Made by a program: the position numbers and the translations under genes
NCBI GenBank assembly: GCA_036521235.1
Contig: DATDIE010000306.1
Location: forward strand, 1-51,870
Length of the DNA stretch: 51,870 bases
From: Acidimicrobiales bacterium
Lineage (GTDB): Bacteria; Actinomycetota; Acidimicrobiia; Acidimicrobiales; RAAP-2
Direction: 5' to 3'
Notes under the pieces: generated by a model
Told to the model about the DNA's origin: nothing
Database searches by the model: none
What the model saw: only the letters and a program-made list of their open reading frames with translations
Shown: positions 1-9,730 of the stretch, one piece after another
Layout of the letters: each line of letters starts with the position of its first letter
Position numbering within the stretch: the first letter of the stretch is position 1

Positions 1-75
1 GGTGGGGTCGCCATCGAGGGGTTCGACGTGGCGCCCGCGGCCGCGGGGGGTACGGAGCGGGGTCCGGCGCAGTGA
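1..75 (+). CDS. 3' end of an upstream gene truncated by the window edge. By synteny this may be porphobilinogen deaminase (hemC).
   Basis: Frame 1 is open from nt 1 and reads ..GGVAIEGFDVAPAAAGGTERGPAQ*. Its TGA at 73-75 overlaps the cobA GTG at 72 (GTGA). GC3 is high. The hemC identity is inferred only from the usual actinobacterial hemC-cobA/hemD-hemB order. Confidence 0.35.
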   Translation, partial: GGVAIEGFDVAPAAAGGTERGPAQ

Positions 76-824
76 CCGTCTACCTGGTGGGAGCGGGGCC
101 GGGCGACCCGGGCCTGCTGACCCGGCGCGGGGCGGAGCTGCTGGCCCGGGCCGACGTCGTGCTCTACGACCGGCTCGTCAGCCCGGAGGTGCTCGACCTC
201 GCCGCCCCGTCGGCGGAGCTCATCGACGTCGGCAAGCAACTGCCCGATGCCGCGGCGACCGGCGGCGGGCGGGCGGGCCAGGACGCCCGTCAGGACGAGA
301 TCGCCCGGCTGCTGGTGGAGCACGGGCGACGCGCCGACGTCGTGGTGCGTCTGAAGGGCGGGGACCCCTTCGTCTTCGGCCGCGGCGGCGAGGAGGTGGA
401 GGCGCTCGCGCGCGCCGGCCTCGCCGTCGAGGTCGTCCCGGGCGTGACGTCCGCCTTCGCCGCCCCCGCCGTGGCCGGCATCCCGGTGACCCACCGCGGC
501 GTCGCCTCGTCGGTGACCGTGGTGACGGGGCGGGTGGGCGCGTCCGGGTCGGACCCGGCGGGTGCGGTGGACTGGCAGGCACTCGCCCGGGCCGGGGGCA
601 CCCTCGTGATCCTCATGGGCATGTCGACGCGCGGCGCCATCGCGGACGCGCTCGTCGCGGGCGGGCGATCCCCGGACACGCCGGCCGCGGTCGTCGCCCG
701 CGCCACCACCACCGCCCAGCAAGTGGTGCGCACGACGCTGGCCGGCCTCGCCGCTGTCGAGCTCGACTCGCCCGCGGTGATCGTCGTGGGGCCGGTGGTC
801 GGGCTGGCGCCGGATTCGCTGTGA
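72..824 (+). CDS. cobA: Uroporphyrinogen-III C-methyltransferase (SUMT)
   Basis: The 250-aa ORF begins VYLVGAGPGDPGLLTRRGAELLARADVVLYDRL and contains RLKGGDPFVFGRGGEE and PGVTSAFAA. These are typical tetrapyrrole methylase motifs. Confidence 0.9.
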   Translation: MTVYLVGAGPGDPGLLTRRGAELLARADVVLYDRLVSPEVLDLAAPSAELIDVGKQLPDAAATGGGRAGQDARQDEIARLLVEHGRRADVVVRLKGGDPFVFGRGGEEVEALARAGLAVEVVPGVTSAFAAPAVAGIPVTHRGVASSVTVVTGRVGASGSDPAGAVDWQALARAGGTLVILMGMSTRGAIADALVAGGRSPDTPAAVVARATTTAQQVVRTTLAGLAAVELDSPAVIVVGPVVGLAPDSL

Positions 825-1651
825 CAACGGCCGGGCCCGGTGTGCTGTCGGGGCGCACCGTCGTGATCGCGCGGTCCAGGCCTCGCGCGGCCGCCCTGCA
901 CGACGCGCTCGAGCAGGCGGGCGCGTCCACGATCGAGCTGGCGCTCACCGAGCAGGTCGACCCGTCCGACGGCGGGGCGGCGTTGCGCGTTGCCGCCGCG
1001 GCGACGGCGACCGAGGGCTTCGCCTGGGTCGTCTTCACGTCGGCGCACGCGGCTGCGCACTTCGTGGCCGCGGCGGGGCGCAATCCACGCGGCCCGGGCG
1101 GCACGCAGGTGGCAGCGGTCGGACCGGTGACGGCCGAGGCGTTGGCGGCGGCGGGCCTCGATCCGGACCTGGTCCCCGCCGTGCACAGCGCGCGCGGCCT
1201 GGTGGAGGCGTTCCCGACGGCGCCGGACGCCGGTGGTCGGCGCGTGCTGTTCCCGGCGGCCGACCTGGCTCCCGGCACCATCGAGGAAGGGCTCGCACAG
1301 AAGGGGTGGGACGTCGAGCGGGTCGAGGCCTACCGCACGGTGGCGGCCGCCCCGCCGGAAGCCTCGGTCCTGACGGGGGTGGCCACGGCGGACGCGCTGG
1401 TGCTCTTCGCGGCGTCGTCGGTGCACGCGTTCAGCGAGCTGCGGACCGCGGAAGGCGAGGCGATCCCGGTTCCCGCACACGTCGTGGGCATCGGCGCGTC
1501 GACGGTCGAGGCGGCGAGGAAGGCGGGGATGACCGGAGTGCACGAGGCGTGGGCCGCCTCGACCGAAGGGGTCGTGGCCGAGCTGTGCGAGCACTTCGGG
1601 CGGCTCGGGCCACCCCCGCGTCCGGGGTCCGGGCCGGCGAGGGCCTCGTAG
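821..1651 (+). CDS. hemD: Uroporphyrinogen-III synthase
   Basis: This is the C-terminal part of ORF 2..1651. An in-frame GTG at 821 overlaps the cobA stop (GTGA). The sequence LSGRTVVIARSRPRAAALHDALEQAGASTIELAL..VVFTSAHAA..LFAASSVHAF is HemD-like. The first 820 nt of the long ORF are an alternative frame of cobA. Confidence 0.8.
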   Translation: MTTAGPGVLSGRTVVIARSRPRAAALHDALEQAGASTIELALTEQVDPSDGGAALRVAAAATATEGFAWVVFTSAHAAAHFVAAAGRNPRGPGGTQVAAVGPVTAEALAAAGLDPDLVPAVHSARGLVEAFPTAPDAGGRRVLFPAADLAPGTIEEGLAQKGWDVERVEAYRTVAAAPPEASVLTGVATADALVLFAASSVHAFSELRTAEGEAIPVPAHVVGIGASTVEAARKAGMTGVHEAWAASTEGVVAELCEHFGRLGPPPRPGSGPARAS

Positions 1652-1661
1652 GCTGTTCGCC

Positions 1662-2667
1662 ATGACCGACGCCGACGCCGCCACCTCCGGGGCGGGATTC
1701 CCCGCGCGCCGGCTCCGTCGGCTGCGGCGCACACCGGCCCTGCGGCGCCTGGTGGCCGAAGCGCGCCTCGGGGTCGACGACCTGGTCGCCCCGCTGTTCG
1801 TGCGCGAAGGGACCGACGCGCCGGTGCCGATCCCCTCGATGCCGGGCGAGGTGCAGCACACCGTGCACTCGCTCGTCGTCGAGGCGAAGCGCCTGGTCTC
1901 CCTCGGCCTCCCGGGGCTCATTCTCTTCGGCGTCCCGGCGCGCAAGGACGCTGAGGGGAGCGGGGCGTGGGACCCCGAGGGCATCGTCCAGGTCGCACTG
2001 CGCGAGGTGCGCGACGCCGTCGGCGACGAGCTGGTCGTGATGGCGGACCTGTGTCTGGACGAGTACACGGACCACGGGCACTGCGGCGTGCTCGGCCCGG
2101 ACGGCGACGTGCTGAACGACGCCACGCTCGAGCTGTACCAGCGGATCGCGGTGGCGCAGGCCGAGGCGGGTGCGGACGTCGTCGCACCCAGCGGGATGAT
2201 GGACGGGCAGGTGGCGGCGATCCGGTCGGCGCTGGACGGGAGCGGCCACGACCAGGTGCCGATCCTGGCCTACGCGGCCAAGTACGCCTCGGCGCTCTAC
2301 GGCCCGTTCCGCGACGCCGTCGACGTCACCATCGCCGGGGGCGGTGATCGCCGCGCCTACCAACAGGACCCGCGCAACCAGCGCGAGGCGCTGGCGGAGA
2401 TCGCCCTCGACGTCGCCGAAGGCGCCGACATGGTGATGGTCAAGCCTGCGATGACCTCGCTCGACATCCTGGCCGCGGCGCGCCGCGTCGTGGACGTGCC
2501 GTTGGCGGCGTACCACGTGAGTGGCGAGTTCGCCATGGTCAAGGCGGCCGCCGACGCGGGGTGGCTCGACGGGCCCGCCGTCGCGCTCGAACAGCTCACC
2601 GTCGTCAAGCGGGCCGGGGCGGACTTCGTCCTCACCTACTTCGCAGCCGAGGTGGCCGAGGCCCTCG

Positions 2668-2675
<8 letters not shown>
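1662..2675 (+). CDS. hemB: Porphobilinogen synthase (delta-aminolevulinate dehydratase)
   Basis: The 337-aa ORF contains RRLRRTPALRRLV, PLFVREG, DLCLDEYTDHGHCG, VAPSGMMDGQV, MVKPA and AYHVSGEFAM motifs. Confidence 0.95.
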
Positions 2676-3962
<1,287 letters not shown>

Positions 3963-3966
<4 letters not shown>

Positions 3967-4445
3967 GCATCGGGGGCTGGGCCCCCGACTTCGCCGCCCT
4001 GGTGCGCGGCGAGGGCTGTCCGATGTGCGGGCCGGGCGAGGACGAGACGCCGCACGGCGTGCGGGTGTTCGAGGGCCGGTGGTCAGACGCCTACCTCGGG
4101 CGCTTCCCGGTGCGACCCGGCTACGCGTACGTGATCTGGAAGGGCCGGCACGTGGCGGAGCCGACCGAGCTGTCCGCCGAGGAGGCGGCGGGGTTCTGGA
4201 GCGAAGTGGCGCACGTGGCGCGAGGGGTGGCCGATCGCACCCGCCCCGCCAAGATGAACTGGCTGAGCCTGGGCAACGGTGTCCCGCACCTGCACGTCCA
4301 CCTCGTCCCGCGCCCGGCCGACGACGCCCGGGCCGGCGGTCCGCTCGAGAGTGAGGCCTTCGACCGCGCCGTCACGCCCGAGGTGCCGGCGGACGCTCTG
4401 GCGGCGGAGGCCCAGGCGCTGCGTGCCGTGCTCGCGGCCGACTGA
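3963..4445 (+). CDS. HIT (histidine triad) family protein
   Basis: This is the C-terminal part of ORF 2700..4445. GTG 3963 overlaps the hemL stop (GTGA). It carries a CPMC motif and the histidine triad VPHLHVHLVPR. Confidence 0.8.
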
Positions 4446-4487
4446 TCCCTCGTCAACCGCAGGGCCGGGAAGGTGCCCGGCAGATCC

Positions 4488-6041
4488 TCAGGCGGCGGGG
4501 TCTTCCATGACGTCGGGGTCGGGGAGGAACCGCGAGACGAACTCCATCGCCCGGTAGCCGATCTCGGCGGGTCCGGCGGCGTCCGGCCGCATGAGGTTGG
4601 CCATGATCCGCAGCAGCTGGTTCATCAAGAGGTCCGACCGCATGCCGAGGTTGACGCAGACGCGCATCGCTTCGGGGTGCGAGATCAGGTGCACGAAGGC
4701 GCGGGCGACCTTGTAATACGGGCCGTAGGCGGCGGTCAGTTCGCGGTCGTACTCGACGAGGGCGCGTGATCCGGCGCCGGTCATGGCGTGGCCCACGGCG
4801 GCCGCCGCCAGCCGCCCGGTCTCGTAGCCGTAGGCGATGCCCTCGCCGTTGAACGGGTTGATCGCCCCGCCGGCGTCGCCGGCGATCACGACGTTCGGAC
4901 CGACGCGCGGCCCGACCGAGAGCCCCATCGGCAGCTTGCCGCCGGTCGGCGGGCCGAGGCACGTCTCGGGGCTGAGGCCCCAGGACTTCGGCGCGTAGTC
5001 GACGAACGTGTCCATGAGCGTGGACGTATTGACGCCCTTCCAGCGCTGTTCGGTGGACAGCAGGCCGACGCCGACGTTCACCCTCCCGTCGCCCATGGGG
5101 AAGATCCACCCGTAGCCGGGCACCACGTTCCCGTCGCTGTCTCGGATGTCGAGGTGCGACTCGAGGAAGGGGTCGTCGTGCCGGTCCGAGCGGTAGTACC
5201 CGCGCAGCGCCATCCCGAGCGGGAGGTCGCGCCGCCGCGTCGTGCCCAACAGGCGCCCCACCCGGGAGTTGGAGCCGTCGGCCACGACGACGTAGTGGGC
5301 CTTGATCGGGCGCGTGCCGGACGCGCCCTTCTCCTTGACCGTCACGCCGGCCAGCGCGGGCAGCGGCAACGAAGCGTCCGACGTCTCGTCACGGATCACG
5401 TCGACGACCTCGGTGCCCTGGAGCAGGGTCGCGCCCGCCTCGGCCGCCCGCGCCGCCACCAGCCCGTCGAGATCGTGGCGGGTGATCGTGTAGCCGTAGG
5501 CGGGGAAGTGCGGGTGCTCGGGCCACTGCATCTCGATGGAGTGGCCGAAGCCGTAGGCCCGGAGCCCCGTGTAGCGGTGCGACCCCGCCAGTGCCCCCTC
5601 GAGACCCATGTCGGCGAGCTGGCGCACCGCCCGCGGCGTCAGCCCGTCGCCGCACGTCTTCTCGCGCGGAAACGTCTTCTTCTCCACGATCACGACGTCC
5701 CAGCCCGCGTCCGCCAGCCAGAACCCGCAGGACGAGCCCGTCGGGCCGGCGCCGACGATGACCACGTCGTGCACGTGGTCGGCCCCGGCCGGTGTGGCCG
5801 GTGTGCGACGGGCGGCGGGCGTTGCCCCGCCCCCGGTTGCCTTCTTGCGTGGCGCGGCCTTCTTGGCGGGCGCCTGCTTGGGCGGCGCCTGCTTGGCCGT
5901 CGCCTTCTTCGGCGCCGCGGCCCTGGCGGGCGCCGCGTTCGATCCCGCGGCCTGCTTCTTCGCCTTCTTGGCGGGAGTCTTGGCGGTCCGCGCTGCCCTC
6001 TTCGGAGAGCCGGGCGGCGGGGTCTCGTCGGGAGCCGTCAC
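4488..6041 (-). CDS. Geranylgeranyl reductase family FAD-dependent oxidoreductase (menaquinone-reductase-like) with a Lys/Ala/Pro-rich N-terminal tail
   Basis: The sequence [54 protein letters not shown] is GGR-like. The GTG start at 6041 gives a roughly 90-aa AKKA/PKQA-rich leader. Alternative GTG starts lie at 5774 and 5765, just before the Rossmann motif. Confidence 0.85.
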   Translation of the reverse strand: MTAPDETPPPGSPKRAARTAKTPAKKAKKQAAGSNAAPARAAAPKKATAKQAPPKQAPAKKAAPRKKATGGGATPAARRTPATPAGADHVHDVVIVGAGPTGSSCGFWLADAGWDVVIVEKKTFPREKTCGDGLTPRAVRQLADMGLEGALAGSHRYTGLRAYGFGHSIEMQWPEHPHFPAYGYTITRHDLDGLVAARAAEAGATLLQGTEVVDVIRDETSDASLPLPALAGVTVKEKGASGTRPIKAHYVVVADGSNSRVGRLLGTTRRRDLPLGMALRGYYRSDRHDDPFLESHLDIRDSDGNVVPGYGWIFPMGDGRVNVGVGLLSTEQRWKGVNTSTLMDTFVDYAPKSWGLSPETCLGPPTGGKLPMGLSVGPRVGPNVVIAGDAGGAINPFNGEGIAYGYETGRLAAAAVGHAMTGAGSRALVEYDRELTAAYGPYYKVARAFVHLISHPEAMRVCVNLGMRSDLLMNQLLRIMANLMRPDAAGPAEIGYRAMEFVSRFLPDPDVMEDPAA

Positions 6042-6128
6042 GAGGGCATCGTAGGTCCGGGCCGGGGGCCTCTGACCAGCGCCGCGGATGTGCTCCCCGA
6101 AGGGGTCGCATGGTAAAAACGGTCCACC

Positions 6129-6578
6129 GTGGTCCAGTACCTCCCGATCCTCATACTGGCCGTTCTCGGCTTCGCGTTTACCGCCTTCTCCTTGATCTCG
6201 TCAGCGCTGCTGGCGCCCAAGAAGAAGCCGTCCGCGGCCAAGCTCGCGCCCTACGAGTGCGGGATCGTGCCCGATGTCGAACCGCCGCAGCGGTTCCCCG
6301 TGCGCTTCTACCTGGTGTCGATGATCTTCATCATCTTCGACATCGAGATCGTGTTCCTCTACCCGTGGGCGATCGTCTTCCATCAGATCCAGACGTTCGG
6401 GCTCATCGAGGTGATCGTCTTCGCGGCGGTCGTGTTCATCTCGTTCGTGTACCTCATCTCCAACGGCGCGCTGACATGGGGTCCACCGAAGACGCTGCAG
6501 CCGGGCCTGCCGAGCCGATCCTCGGAGTCAACGATCTCGCGCATCAACGCGCGCCCGGTCCCCGAGGAGGCCGCCTGA
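6129..6578 (+). CDS. nuoA: NADH-quinone oxidoreductase subunit A
   Basis: The sequence [45 protein letters not shown] is NuoA-like. It starts at GTG. The stop overlaps the nuoB ATG (ATGA). It has a roughly 25-aa C-terminal tail beyond the usual end. Confidence 0.9.
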   Translation: MVQYLPILILAVLGFAFTAFSLISSALLAPKKKPSAAKLAPYECGIVPDVEPPQRFPVRFYLVSMIFIIFDIEIVFLYPWAIVFHQIQTFGLIEVIVFAAVVFISFVYLISNGALTWGPPKTLQPGLPSRSSESTISRINARPVPEEAA

Positions 6579-7138
6579 TGGGCATCGAGGACCTCCAACA
6601 CAATTTCCTGACCGGCCGGCTCGAGGACATGGTCAAGTGGGCCCGTCGCAACAGCGTGTGGCCCGCCACGTTCGGTCTCGCGTGTTGCGCCATCGAGATG
6701 ATGGCGGTCGGCGCCGCCGACTTCGACATCAGCCGCCTCGGCATGGAGGTGTTCCGCGCCTCGCCTCGCCAGGCGGACCTCATGATCGTGGCGGGCCGGG
6801 TGTCCCAGAAGATGGCCCCGGTGCTGCGCCAGGTCTACGACCAGATGATGGAGCCCAAGTGGGTCCTCTCCATGGGCGTGTGCGCGTCGACCGGCGGGAT
6901 GTTCAACAACTACGCCATCGTGCAGGGCGTTGACCAGATCGTGCCGGTCGACGTCTACGCGCCCGGCTGCCCGCCGTCGCCCGAGACGCTCTTGCACGCC
7001 ATCCTGACCTTGCACGAGAAGATCCGCACGGGTGAGATCACCCGGCGCCCCGGATCCTCCGTCCCCGCCGGTGAGCAGGCAACGGGCGGCTGGGTGCCGG
7101 CCGTCCCCGACGCCGTGCGGGTGGCCACGCCGCGGTGA
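6578..7138 (+). CDS. nuoB: NADH-quinone oxidoreductase subunit B
   Basis: This is the C-terminal part of ORF 5792..7138. ATG 6578 is preceded by GAGGAGG. The sequence [46 protein letters not shown] is NuoB-like. Confidence 0.93.
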   Translation: MGIEDLQHNFLTGRLEDMVKWARRNSVWPATFGLACCAIEMMAVGAADFDISRLGMEVFRASPRQADLMIVAGRVSQKMAPVLRQVYDQMMEPKWVLSMGVCASTGGMFNNYAIVQGVDQIVPVDVYAPGCPPSPETLLHAILTLHEKIRTGEITRRPGSSVPAGEQATGGWVPAVPDAVRVATPR

Positions 7139-7656
7139 GCGACGCCAGCCCGACCGCCACTCCGGCGGCGACGCCCTCGACCGTCCTGCCCGAAGTCCCA
7201 CGCCTGCCCGACCGACTGGTCGACCAGCTGGCGTTCCCCGCCCGCGACACCTACAAGCAGATGGTGGCCGCGTTCCGCGCCGCCGGATTCGAGATGTGCG
7301 CCGACCTCTGCGCCGTCGACTACCTCACACACCCCGGCCGGTCTTTGCCCGACGGGGTGACACCGGAGCGCTTCGAGATCGTCGTGAACCTGACGTCGCT
7401 CTCGATGCGCCAGCGCGTCCGCGTCCGTGTCCAGGTGCCCGAGTCTGACCCGGTGCTCGACAGCATCTTCGACGTCTACCCCGGCACCGAGGCCATGGAG
7501 CGCGAGGCCTACGACATGATGGGCATCGTCTTCACGGGCCACCCCGACCTCACCCGGATCCTCATGCCCGAGGACTGGGAAGGCCACCCCCTGCGCAAGG
7601 ACTACGGCGTCGGCCGGGTGCCGGTTCAGTTCAAGGAAGCCCCCGGACCGCGATGA
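7135..7656 (+). CDS. nuoC: NADH-quinone oxidoreductase subunit C
   Basis: The sequence [46 protein letters not shown] is NuoC-like. It has GTGA overlap with nuoB. At 173 aa it is short. Confidence 0.9.
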   Translation: MSDASPTATPAATPSTVLPEVPRLPDRLVDQLAFPARDTYKQMVAAFRAAGFEMCADLCAVDYLTHPGRSLPDGVTPERFEIVVNLTSLSMRQRVRVRVQVPESDPVLDSIFDVYPGTEAMEREAYDMMGIVFTGHPDLTRILMPEDWEGHPLRKDYGVGRVPVQFKEAPGPR

Positions 7657-9095
7657 GCGACGAGCACAACGACGCGCCCGAAGGCGGGGAGGCCGCCGAC
7701 GCGGACGGACCCGCCGAGGACGAGGAATTCGGCCTCGAGACGACCGAACGGGAGCACCGCGAGGCCGAGGAGCGCCGCTACTTCACCCCCGAGACGTCAG
7801 AGGGTGACCAGGAGCTCCGGCCTCGCCGAACGACCGGGGCCGGCGAGCTGCGGTCCGAGGTGGGCGCGGTGCTGCGCCTGCCCGAAGGTGGCTACGTCGA
7901 CCCCAGCGACATCGACGTCGACCGGCGCGACGACCAGACGATGATCATCAACATGGGGCCGCAGCACCCCTCGACGCACGGGGTGCTCCGGCTCATGCTC
8001 GAGCTCGACGGCGAGACGGTCCTGCGCACCAAGCCGATCATCGGCTACCTGCACACCGGGATGGAGAAGACGGGCGAAGAGCTCACGTACGTCCAGGGCG
8101 CCACGAACACGACGCGCATGGACTATCTCTCGCCGCTGCACAACGAGCTGGTGTTCTGCATGGCGACCGAGGCGCTGGTCGGCGTCGAGCTGCCGCCGCG
8201 GGCGATCTGGATCCGCATGCTGATGTGCGAGCTCAACCGGGTCTCGTCCCACCTCCTCTGGATGGCGACGAACGGCATGGACCTGGGCTCCACGTCGATG
8301 ATGATCTACGGCTTCCGCGAGCGCGAGATGATCCTCGCCTTCTTCGAGAAGACCGCGGGGTTGCGGATGAACCTCAACTTCATCCGTCCCGGCGGGGTGG
8401 CCGCCGACCTGCCCGACGGGTGGGAGGACGACGTCGACGTCATCTGCGAGACGATCCTCGCCCGCACGTACGAGTACGACGAGCTGCTGACCGGCCAGCC
8501 GATCTTTCGCGAGCGGACCGAGGCCGTGGGCAGCATCTCGGCCGAGGAGGCGCTCGCCCTCGGGGTGACCGGGCCCATCTTGCGCTCCACGGGCGTGCCG
8601 TGGGACCTGCGGCGCACCATGCCGTACATGGCCTACGACAAGCTCGACTTCGACGTGATCGTCGGCACCTACGGCGACAACTTCGACCGCTACTCCGTGC
8701 GCCTCAACGAGATCCGCGAGTCCATCCGCATCGTCCGCCAGATCGTGGAGATGATGCCGCCCGGCGACTACCGCGTGCAGGACCGCAAGGTCACACCGCC
8801 GCCGAGGGCGCGCATCGACGAGAGCATGGAGGCGCTGATCCATCACTTCAAGATCTTCACGGAGGGCTTCCGCGTCCCCGAAGGGGAGGTCTACGTGGCG
8901 GTCGAGTCGCCGCGCGGCGAGATCGGCTGCTACATGGTGTCGGACGGGACCTCGAAGCCGTACCGCATGCACATCCGCGCCCCGAGCTTCGTGAATCTCC
9001 AGGCCCTGCCCCTGTTGCTGCGCGGTGGCCTGATGGCCGACGCCGTGGCGGTCATCTCCTCGATCGACCCGATCATGGGCGAGGTCGACCGATGA
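7653..9095 (+). CDS. nuoD: NADH-quinone oxidoreductase subunit D, with an acidic N-terminal extension
   Basis: The sequence INMGPQHPSTHGVLRL..GYLHTGMEK..ESPRGE..IDPIMGEVDR is NuoD-like. It has ATGA overlap with nuoC. Confidence 0.95.
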   Translation: MSDEHNDAPEGGEAADADGPAEDEEFGLETTEREHREAEERRYFTPETSEGDQELRPRRTTGAGELRSEVGAVLRLPEGGYVDPSDIDVDRRDDQTMIINMGPQHPSTHGVLRLMLELDGETVLRTKPIIGYLHTGMEKTGEELTYVQGATNTTRMDYLSPLHNELVFCMATEALVGVELPPRAIWIRMLMCELNRVSSHLLWMATNGMDLGSTSMMIYGFREREMILAFFEKTAGLRMNLNFIRPGGVAADLPDGWEDDVDVICETILARTYEYDELLTGQPIFRERTEAVGSISAEEALALGVTGPILRSTGVPWDLRRTMPYMAYDKLDFDVIVGTYGDNFDRYSVRLNEIRESIRIVRQIVEMMPPGDYRVQDRKVTPPPRARIDESMEALIHHFKIFTEGFRVPEGEVYVAVESPRGEIGCYMVSDGTSKPYRMHIRAPSFVNLQALPLLLRGGLMADAVAVISSIDPIMGEVDR

Positions 9096-9730
9096 GCCAT
9101 TTCAATGCGGACATCCGCCAGCGGGCCGAGGAGCTCGTGACGCTGTATCCCGAGCGGCGGTCCGCGCTCATCCCCCTGTGCCACCTGGCCCAGGAGCAGG
9201 ACGGCTGGCTGCGTCCCGAGGCGATGACCGAGATCGGCGAGCTTTGCGGCGTCACCGCGGCCGAGGTCCGAGGCACCGCCTCCTTCTACGACATGCTGCA
9301 CACCGAGCCCGTCGGCCAGTACGTGATCTCGCTCTGTACCAACATCGCCTGCCTGCTCGGCGGCGCGCTCGAATTGTTGGAGCACGCGCAGTCCACGCTC
9401 GGCGTACGCGCCGGCGGCACGTCGATCGACGGCGTCTTCACCCTGGAAGAGGCGGAGTGCCTGGCCGACTGCGACAGGACGCCCTGCGTGCAGGTCAACC
9501 ACCGCTTCATGGGGGCGCAGACGCCGGAGAGTTTCGACGCGCTTCTCGAGGACCTGCGTGCCGGGCGTCTCAGCGAGACGGTGCCGCCGCACGGGACCCT
9601 CGTGCGCGTGCGGCGCAGCGTCGGCCTCGAGGTCGACCCGTCGGAGATCGTGTCGGAGCGGGCCACCGCGGCCGAGGCCAAGGCGGGACGCGCCGCCGCG
9701 ACGGCCGGGGCCGGGGAGCAGAAGGCCTGA
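9092..9730 (+). CDS. nuoE: NADH-quinone oxidoreductase subunit E
   Basis: This is the C-terminal part of ORF 8225..9730. ATG 9092 overlaps the nuoD stop. The sequence ERRSALIPLCHLAQEQDGW..SLCTNIACLL..ECLADCD carries the 2Fe-2S motif. Confidence 0.93.
   Translation: MSHFNADIRQRAEELVTLYPERRSALIPLCHLAQEQDGWLRPEAMTEIGELCGVTAAEVRGTASFYDMLHTEPVGQYVISLCTNIACLLGGALELLEHAQSTLGVRAGGTSIDGVFTLEEAECLADCDRTPCVQVNHRFMGAQTPESFDALLEDLRAGRLSETVPPHGTLVRVRRSVGLEVDPSEIVSERATAAEAKAGRAAATAGAGEQKA

Noticed and set aside
2-820. The N-terminal 273 codons of ORF 2-1651. The long N-terminal parts of ORFs 2521-, 2700-, 5792-, 8225-, 9178-, 10598-, 18628-, 20361-, 23302-24288, 27486-30320, 30378-31436, 43009- and 50499-51695 behave the same way.
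   Set aside because: These are open alternative frames of the preceding gene. The conserved protein begins at an internal ATG, GTG or TTG that overlaps or abuts the upstream stop.
2035-2080. The HemB metal-site motif DLCLDEYTDHGHCG, a Cys-x-Asp hybrid of the Zn-type C-x-C and the Mg-type Asp-rich motifs.
   Set aside because: From memory this hybrid motif is the normal actinobacterial form, so it is not distinctive for this window.
290-2125. A 611-aa ORF on the minus strand. Similar long antisense ORFs lie at 1431-2777, 2632-3897, 14955-16733, 16553-17917, 18925-20496 and 36071-37600.
   Set aside because: They lie antisense to genes with clear family motifs. Their translations are Arg/Gly/Pro/Ala-rich low-complexity sequence with no recognisable motifs. 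This is the usual mirror-frame artefact of high-GC3 coding DNA.
4464-4481. GC-rich hairpins between convergent genes, considered as intrinsic terminators. They are GCCGGG-N6-CCCGGC here, CCGCGC-N4-GCGCGG at 23278-23293, GGGGGCT-N6-AGCCCCC at 45861-45880, and CAGGCC-N8-GGCCTG at 48233-48252.
   Set aside because: The stems are short (6-7 bp), no U-tract follows, and such palindromes are expected by chance in GC-rich DNA. They cannot be called terminators from sequence alone.
5850-5950. Short tandem DNA repeats (GGCGCCTGCTTGG twice, with GCCTTCTT variants), considered as a VNTR or regulatory repeat.
   Set aside because: They are fully explained as the coding sequence of the Lys/Ala/Pro-rich N-terminal tail ([13 protein letters not shown]) of the reductase gene on the minus strand.
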